A program made the translations under genes and the position numbers. DNA of 64,000 nucleotides, taken from the IMG/VR virus record IMGVR_UViG_3300044700_000345, positions 1 through 64,000 of that record. One strand, given 5' to 3'. The notes beneath the pieces were generated by a model that saw only the letters and a program-made list of their open reading frames with translations, did not search any database and was not told where the DNA came from. Every line of letters starts with the position of its first letter. The stretch's first letter is position 1. Positions 9,543-19,851 of the stretch are shown one piece after another. This DNA is from a virus.

Positions 9543-9842
9543 TTACCATTTTACACGGTGACTCCAATAACGTGCGGACATTTTGTCAGGGCTTGAATCT
9601 TGCGCGTTGTGACGTGCGTAATAAGATTTGCGACGTGCCTTGTCTTTTTCTGAAGTTGGATTTTTACCTGCGCCTTCAACTCCTTGCTGCCCAAACCTAA
9701 TGATTTTTTCTTCGCCATCTTTGCATGCTTTTACAACATGAGACTTTGTAGCATGACCCGGAGTGCGCTGTGGTTTGTTGCAGGCCATCTTATCTTTTGC
9801 CAACTTTGCAGCACCAGCAGCTTTCCTGTGCTTTTCCGACAT
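9543..9842 (-). CDS. conserved-looking basic phage protein
   Basis: KIIRFGQQG...RRKSYYARH...SARYWS..KW pattern. Confidence 0.75.
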   Translation of the reverse strand: MSEKHRKAAGAAKLAKDKMACNKPQRTPGHATKSHVVKACKDGEEKIIRFGQQGVEGAGKNPTSEKDKARRKSYYARHNAQDSSPDKMSARYWSHRVKW

Positions 9843-9843
9843 C

Positions 9844-12597
9844 TTACTTAAAGAGAGAGGTAAATCCGCTTAGGAATTCTTGGCCAGACTTAGACTTGGT
9901 TGTCTTGGTGTCATCTGGTTTATCTAAACCTAAGTCTAAGTTAAAGTAACTTGAGCCAGTAGTTTTCTTAGTTGTTCCAGATGATGCGGTAAATGGGTTG
10001 TCCGCGTCTTCGTCCCCAAGTAAACCACCAATTGCACCAAAGGCTTCAAATGGATCCCTGGAATTAAACTCAGATGACATCTGCAGGCCAGATTTACTGT
10101 TTGCTTTAGATAAAAATGTTTGCTCTTCTTTATCTGTATCAGGGAAAACATCGGTATAAAATTCATCTTCAGTTCCTTTGTAGCCTGCTTTTTTAAATGT
10201 TTGGTACAACTGTGTGTCTGCCGGTTTAGATGTGTTTGTGTAATCGGAATCCCTCTGAATATAGGTAATACCTAAATTTTCCTGCGTAGGCCTTTCTCCT
10301 TCTTTATTAAGTTCAGTAATGCGTGTGCGAATATCTTCGGCAGAAGAGCCTTGAATTGAGCTGGCAATTTCAGCTTTTAACTCATCCAGGGTTCCCTTGA
10401 ATCCCGTTAAGCCGTTAATTTTTAACACTGCATCCCACTTGGTGCTATCACCTGGGTTTAATCCTTTTGTCATCTGATCCGCAAAAGATTCTGGTGTAAT
10501 AAATTGACCGAACACAGAACCTTGAGTGATTACTTCTTTGTTAAGCGCTGGGAGAATGTTCTTGTAAATCTCATCTGTTACTTTTCCAGCATTAAGAATA
10601 TCCTCCGCCGCATCGTAACCTTGTCCTTGGCCTTTAACTTGAAAGTGCATGCGAGCAAATGCATCTTTATCCGTTACGTCTACACCAAAACGGTAGGCCT
10701 GTGATGCCCAATATGCATCTCCTTTCTGTGCTGCTTCCCAATCAGCTTGCACATTTTTAGCTTGATCTGTATATGCTTGCTCACGACTTTTGTCTCCTGC
10801 AGGATTGAAATAAAATGTAGAGTTAAAACCACGATCATTTTCTTTTTGAATTGCATCTAGATACGTTTTTGCTTTAAGGTCAGCTACTAGCTTGGTAGCG
10901 TTTAGCAAGTCTTGCGTTTGGAAAGGGTTTTGTTCTTTGGATTGCACGTCTAGGTAATCAACAAATTCTTCCATTGATTTGGCTTGATTGAAGCGAGGGT
11001 TTAGATATGTTTCAATAAAATCTTTGGCAAATTTTCCATCAATGCTTACGTTCTCAGATGCTTGTTCTGTTGTGTAACCAAGCTCTATATCTTTGCTGTA
11101 CTTTTCTTTTAGAGATGTATCAAACCATTGTTGCCAGTTGTACGTTGTTAGATTATTTACACCAGATAAGTTTTGCAAACTTTTTTCCAAGGACTCTTGC
11201 TTAACTCCTGATTGGTCATTAAATGCAAGTACACCACCAATGCCACTATCCCCCATGATTTCAGTGCTTAGTGTTTTACCAAGATCTAATATTTCTTTCA
11301 TGTCACCCATCTGTCCCAAATAAGACATCATCGACTCCTTGGAACGCGCCTTCTTCATTTCATCTATAGTGTCTTTTAATACGTTTTGCGCTAATGCTCC
11401 AAATCTTTTTACATCTACAATTCCTTTTTCACCTACCGCAGTATTGATAGCATCTTCTAATTCCGTTACACCATAACCTGCGTTAATGTTGCGATTAAAA
11501 GCAATCGCTTTATCTTCTGGTCGCTGAGATAATCTAAATAGTGCGGCAAACTCATCTGGCTTCTTGGGATCTAAAAGATTTTTTTTACCTAGGCTTTTCC
11601 AATAAGTATCTCCCGCAAGTGCATTTTCATATTGAGTTTTAATTTCGGGAATTGCCAAAAGCCTGGCAGATTGGGTTTCAATCTCTGCACCAAGTTGCAA
11701 GTCTCTTACTGTTTGCAAATCTTTATCTGTTGGTTTTTTCTCTAAGTATTGGTTTGCTACTGCGATATCTTCTGCCTTGTTACCACGAAAGCCGGCAGGT
11801 TTACCTTGTTGTGTGTAATGCTGCAAGTAGTAGCCATTTTCTCCATAACGACTGGTAACATCTACGTCATCATTTGCTTTATATGCTTCCCATTGCGCCT
11901 TGACGGTTGGGTTTTGTTTTGCATAATAAGAAGCATCAAAGTCTCCATATGCTGGCTTTGCTCCCAGCTTTTCTCCGTCCCAAGGCTGAAGTTTTTCCGT
12001 TAGGTAAAAAGCCTTAAAATTATTTTCTAATGTTGACTTTAGCCTGTCATCAATTCCTTCAAGTGAGCGAATTATTTCCCGTTGTGTAACATAGTCTCCT
12101 CCCTTAGCAGTAGTTGCTGCTTGATATGTTTTATCATAAGCTGTATTCTTTGTTTGATTTTCTGTATTTGTTTTGAGATTTATTTTGTTTAAATCTGTGT
12201 TATATGTATTGGTTCTTTTAGTGCTTGCTTGGGCAGCTTGAAGATTGCGCTCGTTGTCCCATGGACGAGGATTTGGTATGCCAGCCGCTTCCAGGGCATG
12301 AATAACATCCCAATAACCACCATCAATATCTACGGTTGCTGTTTTATCTACGGTTTCAAATACTGGATCTGACCATCTCCAGTCATCACCACCAGCTCCA
12401 ATGTTGATGCCGGTGGCAACCGTATTCCCTTCGGAATCTGTACGCCACTTAGGCCCCCCTTCATCTATCATTACCTCTACAGGTACAGTTATGGTAGCTG
12501 TTCTGGATATTGGTAAATCAGTTTGGTTATCTGTTTTTTCATATTTAATATTCCACTTCTTAGAGGGAGGATCATATGAAATTCCCATGTCAAACAA
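9844..12597 (-). CDS. large protein with internal repeats, probably virion-associated
   Basis: 917 aa in the late arm; repeated segments such as YENALAGDTYW..DEFAALF and WEAAQKGDAYW..DAFARMH. Confidence 0.7.
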   Translation of the reverse strand: MFDMGISYDPPSKKWNIKYEKTDNQTDLPISRTATITVPVEVMIDEGGPKWRTDSEGNTVATGINIGAGGDDWRWSDPVFETVDKTATVDIDGGYWDVIHALEAAGIPNPRPWDNERNLQAAQASTKRTNTYNTDLNKINLKTNTENQTKNTAYDKTYQAATTAKGGDYVTQREIIRSLEGIDDRLKSTLENNFKAFYLTEKLQPWDGEKLGAKPAYGDFDASYYAKQNPTVKAQWEAYKANDDVDVTSRYGENGYYLQHYTQQGKPAGFRGNKAEDIAVANQYLEKKPTDKDLQTVRDLQLGAEIETQSARLLAIPEIKTQYENALAGDTYWKSLGKKNLLDPKKPDEFAALFRLSQRPEDKAIAFNRNINAGYGVTELEDAINTAVGEKGIVDVKRFGALAQNVLKDTIDEMKKARSKESMMSYLGQMGDMKEILDLGKTLSTEIMGDSGIGGVLAFNDQSGVKQESLEKSLQNLSGVNNLTTYNWQQWFDTSLKEKYSKDIELGYTTEQASENVSIDGKFAKDFIETYLNPRFNQAKSMEEFVDYLDVQSKEQNPFQTQDLLNATKLVADLKAKTYLDAIQKENDRGFNSTFYFNPAGDKSREQAYTDQAKNVQADWEAAQKGDAYWASQAYRFGVDVTDKDAFARMHFQVKGQGQGYDAAEDILNAGKVTDEIYKNILPALNKEVITQGSVFGQFITPESFADQMTKGLNPGDSTKWDAVLKINGLTGFKGTLDELKAEIASSIQGSSAEDIRTRITELNKEGERPTQENLGITYIQRDSDYTNTSKPADTQLYQTFKKAGYKGTEDEFYTDVFPDTDKEEQTFLSKANSKSGLQMSSEFNSRDPFEAFGAIGGLLGDEDADNPFTASSGTTKKTTGSSYFNLDLGLDKPDDTKTTKSKSGQEFLSGFTSLFK

Positions 12598-12952
12598 CCA
12601 ACGGTAACGAATTTACCTGGTACACAAAAAGGTCTATAGACTCTTTTGATACCCAGGTTTGTATGTTATCCATCCTAGCTTGTGTAAAGAAATCTTGCTT
12701 GTAATACCATTCTTCCATTCTTCTGCTTGCTTTAGATTCATTACAACGTCGGCAACAAGGCAGAAGATTGTTGCGATTGCTAGAGCCAGATTTGAACTTG
12801 GGGATGATGTGATCAAGACTTGTGGACTCTGCACCACAATATCCACAACGGTGGCTCCAGGCTTCGTATATAGCCTGCCTAAAGCGTTTCTTGGCCAGCT
12901 TAGGAGTTAGTTCAAGAAGCAATGCAAGCGGCTCGTATTCGCTGCAGAACAT
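12590..12952 (-). CDS. HNH endonuclease
   Basis: CGYCG...SLDHIIPK.KSG...RNNLLPCCRRCNESK. Confidence 0.9.
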   Translation of the reverse strand: MFCSEYEPLALLLELTPKLAKKRFRQAIYEAWSHRCGYCGAESTSLDHIIPKFKSGSSNRNNLLPCCRRCNESKASRRMEEWYYKQDFFTQARMDNIQTWVSKESIDLFVYQVNSLPLVV

Positions 12953-13080
12953 ACTCAAGTAGCTGTTAATTTATTCTAAGTTGTCCATGTGAAATACTTT
13001 TGTTACAAAAGCTAACAAAAAAAGGGTTGACAAAAAACTGGGTACGGGTAAATTGGTTATGCACACAGACTATACAAGTC

Positions 13081-13290
13081 ATGTCAAGCCATCCCGGCTG
13101 GGTTCCAGCGTACCGAATCGAAGAGCTTCTTGGTATCGACAAGAAAACTCTTTACAAGTTCCGTGACAATGGCACCCTCCGTCTTGGTCCACATTACGCA
13201 GCGTTCCCCGAAACACGCTCAAGAGATAGCTTCCGCTGGAACGTAAACGCAATTCGTAAAGCTCTTGCAAAACTTGAAGTAGCAGTCTAA
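13081..13290 (+). CDS. excisionase/AlpA-like HTH protein
   Basis: WVPAYRIEELLGIDKKTLYKFRDNGTL.LGPHY...RWNV; ATG at 13081 preferred. Confidence 0.7.
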   Translation: MSSHPGWVPAYRIEELLGIDKKTLYKFRDNGTLRLGPHYAAFPETRSRDSFRWNVNAIRKALAKLEVAV

Positions 13291-13311
13291 ACCGTTTCTG
13301 GTAGAAGGCTT

Positions 13312-13340
13312 AAACGACTCCGTAACAGGGGTCGTTTTTT
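13312..13340 (+). terminator. intrinsic terminator between convergent genes
   Basis: AAACGACTCC-GTAACA-GGGGTCGTTT hairpin followed by a T run. Confidence 0.75.
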
Positions 13341-13560
13341 ATGTGGGTCCCACACCACTTGCGTATGCTGCCCAAGCGTTACCCAATGCTGTCATCGAAG
13401 AAGTTTCTCCTGACACATAAGGAAGATTAACCACATCACCTGGGGAGTACACAGTGGGACTACCACTGTGATATACAGGACTAAAACCAAATTTACTAGC
13501 TTCCAACTGTTCTTTTGAAAGGACATAACGCGTTTCAATAACTTCACCAAAGTCAGCCAT
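13339..13560 (-). CDS. hypothetical protein
   Basis: 73-aa ORF in the late operon. Confidence 0.65.
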   Translation of the reverse strand: MADFGEVIETRYVLSKEQLEASKFGFSPVYHSGSPTVYSPGDVVNLPYVSGETSSMTALGNAWAAYASGVGPT

Positions 13561-13562
13561 TG

Positions 13563-15047
13563 TTATGTTGCAGGAAATTCGTAGGCGCTTGGATTATAAA
13601 AAGCGCCAGTCTTATCTTGCATTCTAAAGTTCTCTAACCTAATAAAAGATGTTGGAACGTTAAGTAATTTTTGCATCATCGGCAGCATTTGTGGTGATTG
13701 AAAGTTTTTGGGAGGTACATCCATAAGAGCAAGCGCCCGTAACGTTGTCATATATTGAGAATGTTTTTGGCTTGTTGATGTTTCTTTTACTAAATTTTGC
13801 TCCCATGCGGTCAAACTTTCTGTAGTTCCCACAGGCAAGTCTGATGGCTCGGGAGGCAATATCCCTTCTTCAAAACGAAGCGCATAGATGTGTTTGCAGT
13901 AACGCATCTCATCTAGTAAAGGCGACCAGTAATCCGAAAAAGAAATAATCTCATTATCTTTTGCTGTGTAATCAACAAAGGTAGTAGGGCCTTCTGCCTT
14001 ACCGTTCGCTGGAATGTTACGAAGGTATCGTCCGCCAAAATCGGTAAAGACTCCTGGGTTATCAATGGATGATGTTGTAAGTGTTAGGTCTCTATTTTGA
14101 TTTGCGTCTGTCATGGCACGGTTGTCTATTGTGCCGCTATTTGCATCTGTAATTAATTCATGACGACCATACTTTAGCAGGGATGGTTTTGTGTAAGGGA
14201 ACCTACGAGTTTCTTTCCCGCTAAGGTTCATCATAAAAGCATAGCTTCTACGTGAGAAGTCCTGGCAGGAACAGGCATACCTTGTACCTACAGTGAAGTA
14301 ACGACCGGAAGTAAATGCTCCAGCGGAAGGAGTTAAGTAAACATTGTCTGGGCTAGCTTGGAAAGAACCGCTTTTCTGTAGTTTTAAAATACCGTTTTCA
14401 CCGTCTACATCAATCAGTACCGCCTGAACATAACCATAGCGTTTATCTGTGGCTGGATTAATGGTATCTTTTGTAATTGGCGAGTCACCTGGAGTAATGA
14501 TCCTATCCTCCAAGGTCTCACCTAGGAGCGGCTTCAGTGGGGCGCCAGAGGGGTTGGGTACATAGAGTGGTGGTGGCAGTGGGTTGGCACTGCTCCAGGT
14601 CCCTGAGAGCTGTACGTACCAGTATTCGTCGTTCTCGGTTACAGATGCAATGCTTGCTGGTGCACCAGTACTATCAAATACGTTGTCAAAACGTAAGATT
14701 GCACCAACGCGACAACCTGCCCAATGCACGCCAAACTCTTTTCTTGCTGTAGGAAAGCCCTGGACAACACCAAGTATTAATGGTTGGTTGCCTGTTGTTG
14801 GGCTAATATCTACAGGAGATGGTACTATGTATTGAAAAGGATATGTCAAGCCGTGTTGAATGCCTACATAACAAGCAATCTCATATCCTCTACGCCAACG
14901 CGTCCACGCTGATTCCCTATCCATGCGTGCAATAGAGTTTGGTACAGAGCCACGTGAAAACTCTGTCGTAATCGGTTTGATTTTATTTATTAGTGGAGCA
15001 TCTTGTGATCCAAAGGAACCAAAAGAACTCCCGCTTTTAGATCCCAC
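13563..15047 (-). CDS. hypothetical protein with split SWIM-like zinc finger
   Basis: YACSCQDF ... RYCKHIYAL separated by a long insert. Confidence 0.65.
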   Translation of the reverse strand: MGSKSGSSFGSFGSQDAPLINKIKPITTEFSRGSVPNSIARMDRESAWTRWRRGYEIACYVGIQHGLTYPFQYIVPSPVDISPTTGNQPLILGVVQGFPTARKEFGVHWAGCRVGAILRFDNVFDSTGAPASIASVTENDEYWYVQLSGTWSSANPLPPPLYVPNPSGAPLKPLLGETLEDRIITPGDSPITKDTINPATDKRYGYVQAVLIDVDGENGILKLQKSGSFQASPDNVYLTPSAGAFTSGRYFTVGTRYACSCQDFSRRSYAFMMNLSGKETRRFPYTKPSLLKYGRHELITDANSGTIDNRAMTDANQNRDLTLTTSSIDNPGVFTDFGGRYLRNIPANGKAEGPTTFVDYTAKDNEIISFSDYWSPLLDEMRYCKHIYALRFEEGILPPEPSDLPVGTTESLTAWEQNLVKETSTSQKHSQYMTTLRALALMDVPPKNFQSPQMLPMMQKLLNVPTSFIRLENFRMQDKTGAFYNPSAYEFPAT

Positions 15048-15050
15048 AGC

Positions 15051-15830
15051 TTAGAAGAAGCCGCCTTGTGCAATTACGTGTGCACCAGGAGTATAACCAG
15101 AGATGTTAGGACCATCAGCAAAGACACCCACGTAAATGCGATCTCCGCGCTCCAGGTAGATTCCTTTGTTGCGTAGTGGTGCGGTAGTACCTAAACCAGT
15201 AGTATTACCTGCTGCAGGCATAGGATAGGCAAGTGAAGGCATTACATCAGCACAATCAACACTAGCAGTATTAGCTGCGACTGTCTTGGAGAACATTAAA
15301 CGATAGTCACCTGATGCGGGAATTGGCGTAGTGGTTCCACGAACTAGGTAGAACGCAAAGGTAACAGCAGGTTGATTACCGTAACCAACACCTTGGTATA
15401 AGAAGCCAGATGCAAGACCACCGGAGTAATTAAGTGCGCCTAGCTTGCCGGTAATCGTGGTGGCACCAGTATATGTATATGCACCCACGCCACTAGCAAC
15501 GCCAGTATTCATTGCCCCCGTGGTAGTAATAGAGACAATTTGTCCGCTTACCAGGGATACGGCATTGCCTGATGTGGTGAGATCTAGTGTGTAGTCCGCT
15601 GCGCGATACGCATCATTACGCGTAATTATGATTGCATCAACAACGCCGCCACTGTTGTTATCTTCACTTAATGTGGCATCCATGTCCACCAAGATGGAAG
15701 GCGCCTGGCCACCCTGCACAAACAGGGTATTCGAGGTGGAGCTACCGACAATTTGCGTCGTCACCCGAACCGTATCAATTAACGGACGGTCAACCAACAA
15801 GGGCTGTTTGTTACTGGATGTGCTTGACAC
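15051..15830 (-). CDS. putative virion structural protein
   Basis: 259 aa, Gly/Thr/Ser-rich, GTG start, in the structural arm. Confidence 0.65.
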   Translation of the reverse strand: MSSTSSNKQPLLVDRPLIDTVRVTTQIVGSSTSNTLFVQGGQAPSILVDMDATLSEDNNSGGVVDAIIITRNDAYRAADYTLDLTTSGNAVSLVSGQIVSITTTGAMNTGVASGVGAYTYTGATTITGKLGALNYSGGLASGFLYQGVGYGNQPAVTFAFYLVRGTTTPIPASGDYRLMFSKTVAANTASVDCADVMPSLAYPMPAAGNTTGLGTTAPLRNKGIYLERGDRIYVGVFADGPNISGYTPGAHVIAQGGFF

Positions 15831-15887
15831 TTGACTTTAAGCTCCCTGAGTGCTACCCTAAAGGGGTCCTTGATCCCCTCATTCTAA

Positions 15888-16652
15888 ATGCAGACAACTT
15901 TCCTTTGCGGATTTTGCGAGAAGACTTTTTTCCCTAATGACGCCGCCGCTGTGCGCTATCGCCTAAAACAAAAAGGTGTTGTGTACTGTTCAAAAGCTTG
16001 TGCTTTTTCAAAACACGGAGCGTTAAAACAATACCCAGGAGAATATTCTTCTTGGACCTCAATGAAGCAACGTTGCAACAATCCCAAGAACACACACTAC
16101 GCTCGATACGGAGGTCGCGGAATAAAGTGCGACGTAAGCTGGGAAAGGTTTGAAAACTTTCTTTTGGATATGGGAGAAAAACCTGACTCCAAAATGGAAA
16201 TAGAAAGAATTGACAATAATGGCAACTACTGCAAAGAAAACTGTTGTTGGGCAACACGAAAAGAACAGACACGTAACCGAGGGGGGAAACGAGCTACAAG
16301 ACTGTATACTTTTAATGACAAAACTATGTGTATTTCTGATTGGGCTAAAGAGATTGGCTTGACTCCTCAATCACTACAAAAACGATTGAACAAAGGATGG
16401 CCACTTGAGTTAGCACTTAACCCAGAAAAACGAGATGGAAACCCAAGCAAACGAGTTATCTGTAACGATCATCCAACCAAGGGCAAGAAGATACGTAGAG
16501 CAACTTCTAAATACATTACGGTAGACGGGGTTACCAAAACGTATAGTGAGTGGGAGTTGGAGAAAGGCCTAAGTAAAGGCCTAATATCCAAGCGTCTATC
16601 GCAAGGATGTACTCCCTATGAAGCCGTTATGAATATTGTTAAGAAACAATAG
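15888..16652 (+). CDS. free-standing HNH homing endonuclease-like protein
   Basis: YSSWTSMKQRC.NP...YGGRGI...W..FENFL.DMG...IERIDNNGNY.KENC.WAT..EQ.RN plus two C-terminal DNA-binding repeats; antisense to the surrounding operon. Confidence 0.9.
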   Translation: MQTTFLCGFCEKTFFPNDAAAVRYRLKQKGVVYCSKACAFSKHGALKQYPGEYSSWTSMKQRCNNPKNTHYARYGGRGIKCDVSWERFENFLLDMGEKPDSKMEIERIDNNGNYCKENCCWATRKEQTRNRGGKRATRLYTFNDKTMCISDWAKEIGLTPQSLQKRLNKGWPLELALNPEKRDGNPSKRVICNDHPTKGKKIRRATSKYITVDGVTKTYSEWELEKGLSKGLISKRLSQGCTPYEAVMNIVKKQ

Positions 16653-16657
16653 TCTTC

Positions 16658-16978
16658 TTAGCTAAACCCTTCCATCATCCCGTAAGCCTGATTAAACCCT
16701 GTAGGCACTTTCATCTTAGAGGTGGCAAGTGACTCAGGGTTTCTTTGTAAGTTTAGAAACCGTTGAAACTGGCTGGTTTTATCTTCTGTTTTTGATTCAA
16801 ACGGGCTAAGTTTATCAAATAACAAACTCATATAAGTTGTCTTGGGTGTACCAGAAAGGTCACCCAATGGACTTGGTAATGAGGCAAAGTTAGTGTAGCG
16901 AGAGCCACGAAGAAGTTCATTTACGTCTCCAGGGTTGTACTCACTTAGATATGTGGATCGATCACGTAAGCTAGCCAT
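16658..16978 (-). CDS. hypothetical protein
   Basis: 106-aa ORF coupled to the upstream gene. Confidence 0.65.
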   Translation of the reverse strand: MASLRDRSTYLSEYNPGDVNELLRGSRYTNFASLPSPLGDLSGTPKTTYMSLLFDKLSPFESKTEDKTSQFQRFLNLQRNPESLATSKMKVPTGFNQAYGMMEGFS

Positions 16979-17676
16979 TATAGGAACATGCCAAGAAAAT
17001 CGTCAGGTAAGTCTTGAGGCCGGGGAGCATCATGAGAATAAGACATTAACCCCTGGAGAAGAGGATCAATACCTTGTTGTTGTTGTTGAGCCAAACGTGA
17101 GGCAATAACTTTCTTGATAATTAAATCTGCTAAGTTATTTCCCTTATCAATTTTTTCCGCAGTGGTTGTTTCAGTAGGTGCGCCAGGGAGCTGCGGGGGT
17201 GGTGGAGTTGCCATGGAATCCAAGGGATCTCCAAGGACACGTTGAGCGTTTGCATATAAATCTCCACCAGGCTTGAATCGCTTGGCGGCAGAGTTGACGG
17301 ACGTACCAAATGAATCCTTGTCATTTAAAGATGCGTTTGGATTTCCACGAAGGACAGTTGCATATGCTCTTTCAATACCCATTCCAGGTTTAAAACCTCG
17401 GTCTTGAAAATATTGAAGAACTTTAGGTATTTGTCCGGTACGAGTTTGCGGCCCTTGGATACCGTACTTCTGTTGTTCGCTTTGTCCAAATTGAATAAGG
17501 CCTTTGTGCCTACCGCCAGCGCCGCCAACCTTATTTGGATCCATGTTGAAGCCTGATTCCAAGGAAAGGAATCCGCCAAATTGATAGGGATCAAGGCCTA
17601 AGTTTTTGGCTGCATCAAAAATTGCCTGACGATCAGTAGCAGGCAGGGTTCCAATACGAGCTTTGGGAGTAGCCAT
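16978..17676 (-). CDS. lysozyme-fold (lytic transglycosylase-like) protein, probably virion-associated
   Basis: AAKNLGLDP...LSLESGF..DP......GLIQF pattern followed by a low-complexity tail. Confidence 0.7.
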   Translation of the reverse strand: MATPKARIGTLPATDRQAIFDAAKNLGLDPYQFGGFLSLESGFNMDPNKVGGAGGRHKGLIQFGQSEQQKYGIQGPQTRTGQIPKVLQYFQDRGFKPGMGIERAYATVLRGNPNASLNDKDSFGTSVNSAAKRFKPGGDLYANAQRVLGDPLDSMATPPPPQLPGAPTETTTAEKIDKGNNLADLIIKKVIASRLAQQQQQGIDPLLQGLMSYSHDAPRPQDLPDDFLGMFL

Positions 17677-17692
17677 GATTGCTTGTTTATTA

Positions 17693-17812
17693 TTAACTTT
17701 CTCCTACCCAATTTGACGCTGCCTGGAGTGCCGGAGAGAATACGGCTTGTAGCGTTACGATAACGCTAAGTTTGGCAATAAGGCGACGTACAAAGTTTGG
17801 GCAAAGAATCAT
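17693..17812 (-). CDS. small hydrophobic / signal-peptide-like protein (39 aa, not in ORF track)
   Basis: MILCPNFVRRLIAKLSVIVTLQAVFSPALQAASNWVGES, preceded by TAGACT and a structured leader. Confidence 0.45.
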   Translation of the reverse strand: MILCPNFVRRLIAKLSVIVTLQAVFSPALQAASNWVGES

Positions 17813-17905
17813 GAGACTTTAGCGACAACATTGGCTTCCGTGCTCCAAGGAGCAATGCCAGTTGGAGCCCACAAGAACTGTAGGCTGGCTTTAGTCTACC
17901 AAAGG

Positions 17906-19351
17906 TTATTTCTTGGGGTAGGCTTGCATGAATTTGGAGAACAACCCAATATCTACCTTGTCGGGATTAAATCCCGGATAGTTGGATAGCAGATCTGTTA
18001 TAGGTGCACCAGGAACTTGGAAGCCTGATTGCAGTGCTTCTATTGGGAAAGGTGTTGGTGTAACTGAAGGAGGCGGCGTAAACGATAGTTGGGTAGGCGG
18101 TTGAAAACCAATGTTTGCTACACTGCCTGCAAGGGTATTTTGAATTGCACCAAATCCTGATTGGCCTGGCCGAACTTTACTTGCAAGATCGTTCTTGCTA
18201 CCAGGACCATACTTCTTGGCCCAAATAGCCATACCCATGTCCTGAGCAGTTTGTGCGGCACCAGGTAATGGTCCAGAAGCTGGATTGTAACCTTGTAAAG
18301 ATTGACGAGCAAGCTCTGCTTGATCCGAGTAGCTAATTGGCAGACTAGGATTTTGTTTAGCTTGTTGAGCAGCGCTAGAGCGTTCAGCTTGGTAGGCACG
18401 TTCTGCTGCTGCGCCACCAGGAGGAGGGGGAAGTGTGGGAGCAGGCGGGGCTGTACGAGGCTGAGCTTGGTTTGAAATATTTGTTTGCGGAGGAGCTCCT
18501 GGAGTAGTGGGTAAATTAGCACCAAATAATTTATTAAAACTTTCAGGTGATTGAAACCCATAATCTTTGCCTGCCCATCTCAAGCTACCGTCTCTATTTT
18601 TAATGTTGGGATCTCCGGCTTGAGATTGACGCCAATATTCCGGCCTGCCCCTGTGAGTTACTATATTTCGAGCCTCTTGTGCATCAGTAAGTCCAAGAGG
18701 GTTATACATATCATTTGCAGCAATGGCGGCTACAACTCCCAAAGGCGTGAGGCCTCCTAGGGTAAGGGCACTCTGTAGAGTCGCTTGATTTTTTGCGCCA
18801 ATAGGCAATAAGTTTACCGCCGCTCCTGCTGCAGAATTTTTTAAATTAACAGGATTTAAAGGGTTGAATGCTTTACCAATTTTGCCAAGCGCAGTACCAG
18901 GTGTCCTGGTGGCAAAAGGATTTAATGCTGTAGGCAATGCACCTTCGAGTCTTTGGAGACCGCCTTGTACGCCTTGCTGAATTGATCCAATTGAAGGACC
19001 TGCAGCTCGGCCCAGGATATTGGTTATACCACGTCCAGTATCTACTGCAGCGCCTAAGGCATTTCGTGCATTGGTTAGGCCTGTGCGGGTTGCATTGTAA
19101 ATGCGCTCATCAATGAATGGCGCTTGAGGCGGATACGGAAGATTTGCTGCTGGATTAAAACGAACAGAGAGAGGTGATGGGGAAATAGCATTTGGCAGTT
19201 GCTGACCAATACGTGCTGCACCAGGGGGAAGTTGCCTGGTGGCACTGGGTACCGACCCGAAACCACGAGAAATTGCATTAGTAATTTGCTGGGCACTGCC
19301 AGGTAGCTGCCTCAGCAAGCTGTTGATACCACCAAAGTTAAAATCAGCCAT
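17906..19351 (-). CDS. low-complexity Pro/Gly/Ala-rich protein, putative internal virion protein
   Basis: 481-aa ORF coupled to the upstream gene. Confidence 0.65.
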   Translation of the reverse strand: MADFNFGGINSLLRQLPGSAQQITNAISRGFGSVPSATRQLPPGAARIGQQLPNAISPSPLSVRFNPAANLPYPPQAPFIDERIYNATRTGLTNARNALGAAVDTGRGITNILGRAAGPSIGSIQQGVQGGLQRLEGALPTALNPFATRTPGTALGKIGKAFNPLNPVNLKNSAAGAAVNLLPIGAKNQATLQSALTLGGLTPLGVVAAIAANDMYNPLGLTDAQEARNIVTHRGRPEYWRQSQAGDPNIKNRDGSLRWAGKDYGFQSPESFNKLFGANLPTTPGAPPQTNISNQAQPRTAPPAPTLPPPPGGAAAERAYQAERSSAAQQAKQNPSLPISYSDQAELARQSLQGYNPASGPLPGAAQTAQDMGMAIWAKKYGPGSKNDLASKVRPGQSGFGAIQNTLAGSVANIGFQPPTQLSFTPPPSVTPTPFPIEALQSGFQVPGAPITDLLSNYPGFNPDKVDIGLFSKFMQAYPKK

Positions 19352-19812
19352 TACCTGTTAAATTGGCGAAGGAACATGCGGGTGCCAACACCTGCGTCGG
19401 CTGGGCCAGGGAGTGCCTGGATGAATTCTGCACCAGAACGCTCGTAACGATAACGTGCCTGATACGGATCTTTGTAGTTTGGGACGTAAAGAATGTTGGC
19501 TAGACGATTTGTCTCATAGAGATAAATCTCATCCCATACCTTAAGAGCTTCTTTTGCATTACTGGAACGAATCGTACGATCAACGTCGCCAGCAATACTT
19601 TCAAGTCTTGTGGAAGGAGATGTTGCAACCTCAGTCTTTTTCTCTGCTGTATCACAGCGTCCAATTTGAATAATGATCTTGTCGTAAAAGTAAGAATCGG
19701 GAATTGTGTTTATGGATTCTTCTAAGCGGGCGTAGTCGCCTGCTGGGACGGATACTACAAAATACCCCAGGTGATACCTGACTCTACTTTTGTCAAAATC
19801 GCTTAACTGCAC
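19351..19812 (-). CDS. putative head-tail adaptor / head completion protein
   Basis: 153 aa, helical, downstream of the capsid genes; function inferred from position. Confidence 0.5.
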   Translation of the reverse strand: MQLSDFDKSRVRYHLGYFVVSVPAGDYARLEESINTIPDSYFYDKIIIQIGRCDTAEKKTEVATSPSTRLESIAGDVDRTIRSSNAKEALKVWDEIYLYETNRLANILYVPNYKDPYQARYRYERSGAEFIQALPGPADAGVGTRMFLRQFNR

Positions 19813-19851
19813 TTATGAGATTCTTTGTTCTTTTATTATAAAAGACAACAA

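Noticed and set aside
4477-13290. Lysogeny module implied by two excisionase-like HTH genes
   Set aside because: No integrase or repressor is recognisable in the window.
15888-16652. HNH gene inside a group I intron
   Set aside because: Flanking genes look complete and no intron core was recognised; treated as free-standing.
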